Source: an uncultured Methylomirabilota bacterium
GTDB lineage: Bacteria; Methylomirabilota; Methylomirabilia; Methylomirabilales; 2-02-FULL-66-22
Reading direction: 5' to 3'
Assembly: GCA_963705305.1 (NCBI GenBank)
Contig: OY970067.1
Location: 1,184,001 to 1,248,000, forward strand
Length of the DNA: 64,000 nucleotides
Below the pieces are notes generated by a model. The model was not told the origin of the DNA. It saw only the letters and a list, made by a program, of their open reading frames with translations, and made no database searches. Shown piece after piece: positions 56,439-64,000 of this stretch. How positions within the stretch are numbered: position 1 is the stretch's first letter; the number at the start of each line of letters is the position of its first letter. The translations under genes were made by a program, and so were the position numbers.

Positions 56439-57702
56439 TGTCATCCGCAAAAACTCCATCCGCTGGGCATTCCGTGCTGATAAACTCCCCCGTCTGCTGT
56501 TCGCCACGCTGCCGATGGCGTGTAGCCCCAGACCCAACCTGAAGCGGGGGAGTCCGCGTGGTTATGCAACGGGTCGAGCCGTTTCTTCATCTTGTTGGCC
56601 GGGTGCTGACCGGGCTGGGGATCGACCTCGTGCGGTTGCTGGGGACCAGCCTCCGGTCCCGGACCGCGCTGGCCGCCGAGGACTTGTTCCTCCGGAAACA
56701 GCTGGCCCTCTACCACGAGCGCCAGGTGAAACCGCGACGGGCGTCGGATCCGCTCCGGCTCACGCTCGTCCTCCTCGCGCGATGGTTCGCCTGGCGCGAG
56801 GCGCTCACGATCGTCCAGCCGGCCACCCTGATCCGCTGGCACCGCCAGGCGTTCCGCCTGCTCTGGCGCTGGCGGTCCCGTTCGGGGCGGCCACGCCTCC
56901 CGGCGGACCTCCAGCGCCTGATCATCGCGATGACCCGCAGCAATCCGACGTGGGGCGAAGAGCGGATCGCCGCGGAGCTGCTCCTGAAGCTCGGGATCCG
57001 GGTCTCGCCGCGCACCGTCCGCCGCTACATGGCCCGCGGGCCCCGCGGGGGAGGGCGCGGAGCGGCTCAGCAGCGGTGGGCCACCTTCGTCCGCAACCAC
57101 GCCCACGCCGTCGTTGCCTGCGACTTCTGCGTCGCGGTGACCGCAACGTTCCGAGTCCTCTACGTCTTCGTGGCGCTTGAGGTGGGCAGCCGCCGGCTCG
57201 TGCACGTCAATGTTACCAGCCACCCGACCGCGGCGTGGACCCTACAGCAGTTCCGAGAGATCCTCGCCGCGCCGCACGCCTATCGGTTCGTCCTGCATGA
57301 TCGCGACAGTATCTATTCGCCCTGGCTGGACTCAGCCGTGACCGCGATGGGCGTCCGCGTCCTCCGGACGCCGGTCCACGCGCTAACGGCGAACGCATTT
57401 TGTGAACGGCTACTCGGTAGCCTCCGCCGGGAGTGCCTCGAAGATCTGATTCCCTTGGGCGAAGACCATTTGCGGAAGATCCTTCACGTCTGGCGGCTCC
57501 ATTACAACCGCGGCCGCCCTCACGCGAGTCTTGGCCCGGGGCTTCCGGAGTCCCCACCCGGGCTTCCCGCGCCCTCGATCACCGGCCATCGGCTTCCGCG
57601 TGAGGTGCGCGTCGTGGCGCGACCGATCCTCGGTGGACTCCACCATGAGTACGGCCTGGAGAAGCTAGCAGCATGACGGAGCGGAGGTTTTTGCGGAGTA
57701 CA
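56439..57702 (+). mobile_element. complete-looking IS with TGT...ACA TIRs
   Basis: left TGTCATCCGCAAAAA, right (reverse complement) TGTACTCCGCAAAAA; no target duplication seen. Confidence 0.85.
56564..57676 (+). CDS. integrase core domain transposase
   Basis: FLRKQL, VQPATLIRW, WG.ERI, ACDF, HDRD, CERL.GSLRREC, GGLHHEY. Confidence 0.9.
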   Translation: MQRVEPFLHLVGRVLTGLGIDLVRLLGTSLRSRTALAAEDLFLRKQLALYHERQVKPRRASDPLRLTLVLLARWFAWREALTIVQPATLIRWHRQAFRLLWRWRSRSGRPRLPADLQRLIIAMTRSNPTWGEERIAAELLLKLGIRVSPRTVRRYMARGPRGGGRGAAQQRWATFVRNHAHAVVACDFCVAVTATFRVLYVFVALEVGSRRLVHVNVTSHPTAAWTLQQFREILAAPHAYRFVLHDRDSIYSPWLDSAVTAMGVRVLRTPVHALTANAFCERLLGSLRRECLEDLIPLGEDHLRKILHVWRLHYNRGRPHASLGPGLPESPPGLPAPSITGHRLPREVRVVARPILGGLHHEYGLEKLAA

Positions 57703-57705
57703 GCC

Positions 57706-58575
57706 CTATTTAATTGAACCGGCGACAAGGCCGCGCACGAGGTGCTTCTCCAGAAAGAGAAAGATGACGAGGACCGGGAGGCAGGCGAGCAGCGAGGCGG
57801 CCATCATGTCATTCCATGAGATGGTCGTGTCGCCAACGTATGTCGTCACGCCCGCGGTCATGGTTTCCATCTGCGTCGAATTAATCAACGTTCTCGCAAA
57901 AAGGAGTTCACCCCATGAGAATACAAAGCAGTACATGGCCGTGGCGACCAGACCAGGTCGAGATAGGGGTAGGGTGACTCGGACGAATGCTCCAAAGATA
58001 GTGCAGCCATCCACTTGAGCGGACTCCTCGATCTCTCTCGGGATTCCATCAAAGAAACCTTTCATCATCCAAACCCCAAACGGGATGATATAACTAGTGT
58101 TGGCGATCACCAGGGTCACGCGATTATCGATCAAGTGAAGCCCCTGGAAGACCACATAGAGAGGCACAATGAGAAGTGTGCCCGGAAGCATCCTGATCAA
58201 CAGAAGCATCCCCCCCATGAATCGTGACTCCGGAGTTTTAATCCGGGACAGGGAATAGCCACCCAGTGCGGAGATGCTTAGCGACACCACGGACGTCAGC
58301 ACAGACACATATGTGGAATTCAAAAGCCACCGAAAGATCGGGCGATTTACAAATATGCGAACGAAGGGGTAGAAAAACAGGCTCGATATATTTGGAATAA
58401 AGACAGGTGGATACAAGAGCAGTCGATCATCGTGGAGGGTGGCGGTGAGGAACATCCAATAGATCGGGAACAGCACGAGTACCAAGGCGAGACCGAGCAC
58501 GAGATAAATCGGAAGCATCCGCCATTGGAAGCTACTTGCTCTCCTCCGGACTGAGAGAGCTCGATACGGCTTCAT
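57706..58575 (-). CDS. carbohydrate ABC permease (MalG-like)
   Basis: FPIYWM, IP.EIEESAQVDG EAA loop. Confidence 0.9.
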   Translation of the reverse strand: MKPYRALSVRRRASSFQWRMLPIYLVLGLALVLVLFPIYWMFLTATLHDDRLLLYPPVFIPNISSLFFYPFVRIFVNRPIFRWLLNSTYVSVLTSVVSLSISALGGYSLSRIKTPESRFMGGMLLLIRMLPGTLLIVPLYVVFQGLHLIDNRVTLVIANTSYIIPFGVWMMKGFFDGIPREIEESAQVDGCTIFGAFVRVTLPLSRPGLVATAMYCFVFSWGELLFARTLINSTQMETMTAGVTTYVGDTTISWNDMMAASLLACLPVLVIFLFLEKHLVRGLVAGSIK

Positions 58576-59477
58576 GAATAGAATTCCCTACGCAGAGGCC
58601 TATGGCATGCGAGGACGATTGCTAGGCAGATTACGAACGTTACGATCCCGAGCGCCGATGCATGCCCCGCGTGAAGAAATCGGAAAGCCTCTTGATAGAT
58701 GGAGACCGCTAAGCTCTCGGTCATGCGGTCCGGGCCGCCGCCGGTCATGACATAAATCGTATCAAACTCCCGGAAGACCCAGAGGGCATTAAGCATGAGG
58801 GAAATTGTAATAAGGGAACGAAGCGCTGGGAGGGTGATCGAGGTGAACTGCCGTAAGCGGCCGGCACCGTCTACACGCGCCGCCTCATAGAACTCAGTGG
58901 GAACCGCTTGGAGGCCCGCTAGCAACATTAGCATGAAGAACGGGCAGTTCTTCCAGATCGTTGTGACAATGATGGTTGCAAGTGCGGTGGTCGGCGAGCC
59001 GAGCCAGTCAATGTTTCCGGGGACAAGATGGAGACGGATTAAAAGATAATTCGTTACGCCGAAAGAGCTGTCGAAGATCAGCATGAAAACCATGCTTCCC
59101 ACCGCCGTAGGAATTGCCCATGGCATGGCTAGCAACACCCGAAAAATCCGTCGGCCCCGGAGAGGTTGGTCGAGGAGGAGAGCCAAGCCAAGGCCGACCA
59201 GGAAGGTAAGTGGCGTGGCAAACAGCGTGTATAGCCCTGAGACCTTCAGAGATTGCCAGAAGGCACGATCAGAGAGCATGTCCGTGTAGTTCCGAAGGGT
59301 GGGCGATGACGTCAACGGCTTGGCAATATCGTACAGATCGACCTGGAAAAAGCTGAGTTTAAAGGTGAGATAGAGAGGGTAGAGAATGACACCGAGGACG
59401 AAAAGCGTTTCTGGCAACAGGACCAAGCTGCAAAAGAGGCGTTTACGCTGGTCAAGAGAGAGGACTGGCCACTTCAT
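58572..59477 (-). CDS. carbohydrate ABC permease (MalF-like)
   Basis: PWAIP, AGLQAVP..YEAARVDGA, TGGGP; start uncertain (59477 or 59522). Confidence 0.9.
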   Translation of the reverse strand: MKWPVLSLDQRKRLFCSLVLLPETLFVLGVILYPLYLTFKLSFFQVDLYDIAKPLTSSPTLRNYTDMLSDRAFWQSLKVSGLYTLFATPLTFLVGLGLALLLDQPLRGRRIFRVLLAMPWAIPTAVGSMVFMLIFDSSFGVTNYLLIRLHLVPGNIDWLGSPTTALATIIVTTIWKNCPFFMLMLLAGLQAVPTEFYEAARVDGAGRLRQFTSITLPALRSLITISLMLNALWVFREFDTIYVMTGGGPDRMTESLAVSIYQEAFRFLHAGHASALGIVTFVICLAIVLACHRPLRREFYS

Positions 59478-59631
59478 CGGATTACTCCCTGTCCGGTAGA
59501 TGGCCACGGGATTACGAAGCATCGCACTGGAATAGCAAGTACGCAGGTGCCATCGCGACCTGCGACACCGAGGTATCCGGCACCCCTGGATTGTCCTCCG
59601 GCAAGGAGCGCCGGATGCCTCGGATCCCCGG

Positions 59632-60861
59632 TCACTTCAAAGCAGCCTCGATTTTCTTCTGGGCGTCGTCAAGGATGGCTTTGCTGTCCCGATTGGTCGA
59701 AAGAGCCTCCGTGAAGTGGTCGATCAGGATCTTGCTATATACTTCGAAGGGTCGTTCGTACCCAACGGGGTATTCACTGACATCGGCCATGCTCATCGAT
59801 TTGGTGAAAGTCTCCAATTCGGGGACCTTGGCGACAATGACCGGCGTGACGCTTCCCTCAAGCATCGGAGGGCTTTTCACCAGTTCGGCTTGCTTTCTCT
59901 GCATCTCAGGTGAGGCAAGAATCTTCATGAAATCCCAGACCAGTGCCTTCTTGGCCGGATCCAATGAAGCTGGCATGCTGATGCTGGTAGCCTGACCGAT
60001 GGGGATCCTCTTGAACGGAGGGAGCATGACCCTGACATAGGGTTTCACTGTGTCAGGAGCATTCGCCTTCATGGCCAAGAGGAACGACCCGTCGATAATC
60101 ATGGCTGTTTTCCCAGTGAAGAAGAGGAGACGGGCGTTTGCCGCCAGCTGATTGCGCGGGGCATACCCTGCCTGCACCAAGTTCCGGTAGAAGGTCAGCG
60201 CCTGGACAGCTTCGGGGGAGTTGACCGTCAGTTTGCCCCCCGGAGTCCAGTCGCCGCCGAACCCAGCGAGAAAGTCAGTAAGCGCCAAGTGCATGTCGGT
60301 CGATGGAGCGGTCACCAGGGAAATCCCGTACCGTCCTGGACCGGTCGTCAGACGCTTTGCAGCTTGCCAGAGGTCGCCCATTGTCTTTGGCGGTCTCACG
60401 CCGGCTTCTGTGAACATTCGCTCATTGTAGTATAGGGCATACACATGGGCGAGGAGCAGCACACCGTAGGTCTTCCCCCCCACCACCATGGTCTTTTGCA
60501 GGGGAGGCCAGCCTTTCAGAATGTTATCCTTGGCAAGGTACGGGTCGAGGGGTTCGAGGAGCCCTCGAGCAGCTAAGTCAAAATAGAATCGCGTGGACAC
60601 GTGGACGATGTCGGGTGGGTTCCCTGCGGCGAAGCGGGCATGCATCTTGTCGTGATGCACTTCGAATTGCTCCTGCTCGGCCTGGATTTTGACGCCGGGG
60701 TGCTGGCTCTCAAATCGGGCGATCCCCTCCTTCCACCAATCAGCGAACCCCGGTTCAGTGATTTGATGACTCGGGAACTCCAGAATAGTTCCCGCCGATG
60801 CTACGCCTGTAAAGAGCAAGACAAAACCTAGTCCTATGAACACTCGTCTAGTCGTACCCAT
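59632..60861 (-). CDS. carbohydrate ABC substrate-binding protein
   Basis: signal peptide, FE..HPGVKI, PPDI, LYYN..MF..AG, F..GK.AM; AGGAGG RBS. Confidence 0.9.
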   Translation of the reverse strand: MGTTRRVFIGLGFVLLFTGVASAGTILEFPSHQITEPGFADWWKEGIARFESQHPGVKIQAEQEQFEVHHDKMHARFAAGNPPDIVHVSTRFYFDLAARGLLEPLDPYLAKDNILKGWPPLQKTMVVGGKTYGVLLLAHVYALYYNERMFTEAGVRPPKTMGDLWQAAKRLTTGPGRYGISLVTAPSTDMHLALTDFLAGFGGDWTPGGKLTVNSPEAVQALTFYRNLVQAGYAPRNQLAANARLLFFTGKTAMIIDGSFLLAMKANAPDTVKPYVRVMLPPFKRIPIGQATSISMPASLDPAKKALVWDFMKILASPEMQRKQAELVKSPPMLEGSVTPVIVAKVPELETFTKSMSMADVSEYPVGYERPFEVYSKILIDHFTEALSTNRDSKAILDDAQKKIEAALK

Positions 60862-61160
60862 GGTTGTTCCTCCTTTTGAGGACTGTTCCCATGATCCGCT
60901 AGCCTCAACTCTTTCTGCTTGCTCTAAACGATCCACCTCCTCTCACGCGCGTGTCCAACGAACCCACACACTCCCTCCGGTTGATAAAGAGCTGTCCGAG
61001 CCACCCATTCGGTTCGAACTAGCCGCGGGTCAAGCCACTCTATCGCAGCCCACGCAAAGCCGCTTATCCGGAGGCGTGCGCAAGCATGGTGCTACGTTAA
61101 CAATAAAATTTCATACAAACCTATGCAATTTCTCCCAGCGTTTTTGGAACCCATCTTTGC

Positions 61161-61172
61161 GGAAGCGCTTCC
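61161..61172. promoter_or_regulatory. LacI-type operator
   Basis: perfect palindrome GGAAGCGCTTCC upstream of the sugar ABC operon. Confidence 0.55.
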
Positions 61173-61804
61173 AGTGAATTCTTTCCATCTAAACCCTTGG
61201 CGCGAGGACGCATTCGGGCGTGCAAGCGTGATCCCGAAAGGGCCTTTTCGAGGCTAACCGGAATGCTGATTCACCCTGCGGGTCGCGGATGGCTCACATG
61301 AATTGACCCATATCGGATGAATTTGCGTCAGTCCTAGCTGCAATTCAACTTGCAGCCATTCGCGAAAGTGCGTTAGTCCCCCCATGTCAAAGAGCAACGC
61401 CTTACATTCTTTTGTTGGATTCTACCCCATGGTCGGTGTGATCTCCCAGAGAAAGGCCTTAACGAGTTATTGGCCGATCGACTGGACAGTCCTATGCTCG
61501 GTTTCATTGAAACGGATGGTTGGTCACATATTGTCCAGTGATACAATCTCTTTCTAAGATGCATCAATTGGCTTGCGATGAACCACACCCAATTTGCCTC
61601 GCCTTTGATAGATGACGCCCTAGCCGCTCGCTTCATGTCATCAATAAGGTCATCTCAAATAATAACAGGACAAGCGGAAACTGAATGGACTATTTGCGCA
61701 TCCAGACAGAAGGCAAGGGCTTCTACCGCTGTCATGGACCCAGACCCCGAGCCCGACCTGCGTGACGTGGGCCCCCTGGTGACCTCCTCGCCCGCAGTCG
61801 CTGC

Positions 61805-63703
61805 TCACCCGCCAAGATTAAAGGCCCTGGGCAGGGCTAGCGTGAACCAGGGCGCGAACGCTACGAACAGCAGCCCGATGCAGAGCACGACCAAGAACGG
61901 AAATATGACACGTATGGTCCCATCGATATCGGAATCACACACAGCGCAGGTGACATAAAACACCACCCCGACCGGGGGCGCGGAGGCCCCGATCCCCATG
62001 GCGATAAGCAAGACGATCCCGTAGTGCAGCGGGCTAATACCGACTTGGCCGGCGATTGGTACCAGCAACGGCGCCAAGACGAGCAGGGCTGGCAGCCCAT
62101 CCAGGACCGAACCGAGGACGATGAGAAGCACACCCGAACCCAGCATGAATAGCCACTGGGTCGCGTGCACGCTTTGCAAGAGTTCGACGAGACGTTGAGG
62201 CAGATATCCGATCGTAAGCGCCCATGAAAAACTCGTTGCGGCTCCCATAATGAAGAGAAGAACGCCAGCCATGTTCGAGCAGTCTACGACGCTACGAATA
62301 AACTGCGCCCTCCCAAGTTCTCTGTAACCGATCACTGAGAGCGCGAGGCCATAGACTACGGCAAAAGACGACACCTCGGTTGGCGTCGCTATGCCAAATA
62401 CAATTCCCATCACGATGCACACCGGCATGAGCAGGGGCAGCATCGCGCCGAGCGCGGAGCTAGCGAGCAACCGCAGGCTGCCGCGTGACGAGGCGTACGT
62501 TCGCGTGCGTCGGGCTCGCTCATAAATGAGGGCCATCAAGCAAAGCGCGAGCACCGCGGCCGGAACAAGCCCCGCGAGAAAGAGCGCTCCCATTGACAGC
62601 GTGGTGATCGAACCAAGTACCAGTATGCCGAGGCTAGGTGGGACGGTCTCTCCCATTGCCGCCGATGCCGCGAGCACAGCAGCACCCTCCTCGAGGCTAT
62701 ATCCTTCCGGTCGCAGCGTATCGCGCATGACTGAGCCTACAGCCGCAACGTCCGCTGCCTTTGAACCCGACAGACCGGAAACTATGTACATGCTTACTAC
62801 CATGACTTGCAGGAGCCCGCCCCGCCAGTGTCCCACAGCAGCATGCACAAAATGGATCAGACGCTTGCTGATGCCACCCTGCTCCATCAGAATGCCCGCG
62901 AAGATGAAGAAGGGAAGGGCGAGCATTACGAACATGCCCGTGCCCTCTATCATATTTTGTGGAAGCGCCACCATGGGCGCTGCCCCCGAGACATAGAGGT
63001 ACACAAACGTTCCCGTGAGCAGAGCGAAACCCACCGGCAGGCCAATTAGGATAGTCGCAAGGAAAAGAGCAAGTGTGAGGGCCATTGAGGCGTCGCCCGA
63101 GAACAAGGGCAGCCACTGCTCGCGAGTAAGCACGAGCAGTACCGTCATGCCGAGAAAGACTCCAGTCACGGTGACCGCGGTCGAACGGTGCTGGAGGAAA
63201 AGGTGCTCGATTGCCGTGAACGCGATCACCACCATCCCCACGATCAGAGGCAGCGCAATCCAGGTCTCGCGAAGTCCGAGCATCGGCGTGCGCATTTCCC
63301 AACGTGTGACAAGGAGCGGCCAGGAACTGAGTGCAGCCGTCACGGCGACCGTCAGCACCAGAAGATCGACGAGCACTTGGCAAACCCGGCGGTAGGGGAG
63401 TGGCAAGGCCGCGATCAGCGCCCGGAGGAACGCGTGACCGCCACGCCGGTAGCCAGCCGCGCCACCCAAGAATGCCATGACTGAGAGGGCAAGTTTTGCC
63501 GCGTCCTGAGTCCACAAGATCGGCGCGTTGAAGAGCGACCGTAAAAGAACGTTGAAAAATACCACGCCAAGCTCTGCAAGGAAGGCCAGACCGATGATCA
63601 GGTTGAGCGTGCGATCGACCAGCGATGCCAGCCGGTTGCCCGTGGTAGAGCGGGAAGTCAGCGGATCTACCTCCTTCGCAACTGATCGGACCTCGCTAGC
63701 CAT
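61805..63703 (-). CDS. TRAP transporter, fused DctQ-DctM permease
   Basis: N-terminal 4-TM DctQ-like part (V..R..F...I.W) then ALPFFI.AG, SGS..AD, VPPS, HYG...PPVG. Confidence 0.9.
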   Translation of the reverse strand: MASEVRSVAKEVDPLTSRSTTGNRLASLVDRTLNLIIGLAFLAELGVVFFNVLLRSLFNAPILWTQDAAKLALSVMAFLGGAAGYRRGGHAFLRALIAALPLPYRRVCQVLVDLLVLTVAVTAALSSWPLLVTRWEMRTPMLGLRETWIALPLIVGMVVIAFTAIEHLFLQHRSTAVTVTGVFLGMTVLLVLTREQWLPLFSGDASMALTLALFLATILIGLPVGFALLTGTFVYLYVSGAAPMVALPQNMIEGTGMFVMLALPFFIFAGILMEQGGISKRLIHFVHAAVGHWRGGLLQVMVVSMYIVSGLSGSKAADVAAVGSVMRDTLRPEGYSLEEGAAVLAASAAMGETVPPSLGILVLGSITTLSMGALFLAGLVPAAVLALCLMALIYERARRTRTYASSRGSLRLLASSALGAMLPLLMPVCIVMGIVFGIATPTEVSSFAVVYGLALSVIGYRELGRAQFIRSVVDCSNMAGVLLFIMGAATSFSWALTIGYLPQRLVELLQSVHATQWLFMLGSGVLLIVLGSVLDGLPALLVLAPLLVPIAGQVGISPLHYGIVLLIAMGIGASAPPVGVVFYVTCAVCDSDIDGTIRVIFPFLVVLCIGLLFVAFAPWFTLALPRAFNLGG

Positions 63704-63943
63704 CTCGCCTTTCCCCCCGCATTATTGAAGCAGGAAGACGCCGAAACAGGAAAACGCTAGCACCAAGGGGTAGGACCGCATGATAAAATAGGGTAAAGTA
63801 CCATTCCTTCCATTAGCCATGCTCGGCCGGTGGTGTGGGGAAGCGCCTCCGGTGTGGACGCTGTGGCAGTGGGGAGTCCTGGCGTTGCTCTCGGGGCGGG
63901 CACTGATGCGCGTGGTGCCGGTACGGCTGAGAGCCGGCCCGCC

Positions 63944-64000
63944 GGCGCCCGGGTCGGTTACAATCGGAAGAAGCCCGGCCGACGCTCCTATCATCCCATC
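63944..64000 (+). mobile_element. IS1380-family transposase fragment (continues beyond window)
   Basis: frame reads GARVGYNRKKPGRRSYHPI. Confidence 0.55.

Noticed and set aside
61373..61740. low-GC ORF fragments between the sugar ABC and TRAP genes
   Set aside because: no recognisable motif in the frames I translated; possibly a decayed gene but unsupported
1..64000. many long alternative-frame ORFs (e.g. 721-2502, 19090-20883, 22305-24287, 50799-53378)
   Set aside because: antisense or shifted shadows of well-supported genes in high-GC DNA; Arg/Pro/Gly-rich with no motifs
1..64000. CRISPR array, rRNA or intact tRNA
   Set aside because: no regularly spaced repeats or complete cloverleaf seen

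Overview
GC-rich bacterial chromosome segment; taxonomy cannot be fixed from sequence alone. From 1 to about 15.7 kb the content is core-like: a BMP-type nucleoside ABC operon with a phosphoribosyltransferase, a peptidoglycan-recycling operon (ldcA, serine hydrolase, mpl) and an RNA-binding/cold-shock cluster (rpsU, two RRM proteins, CspA). From 15.9 kb on it looks like an accreted, decaying island region. It contains two diverged ~109-bp att-arm-like direct repeats (one fused to a 3' half of tRNA-Asn), a lone integron-type gene cassette with attC, three integrase-core IS copies with TGT...ACA ends, and several gene relics. It also carries three catabolic modules. Module 1 is aminotransferase, a GcvT/SHMT fusion and gcvH, with no gcvP, behind a possible variant ZTP riboswitch. 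Module 2 is aldolase, HAD, GntR, an orphan Rossmann enzyme, a Liv-type ABC, an APH-type kinase, an HcnABC/opine-oxidase-like complex and ComB. Module 3 is a frameshifted aminotransferase, polar amino acid ABC, PLP desulfhydrase, GntR, DHDPS-type aldolase and Fe-ADH. A sugar ABC, a fused TRAP transporter and an IS1380-like fragment end the window. All product calls come from motif recognition by eye, not database searches.
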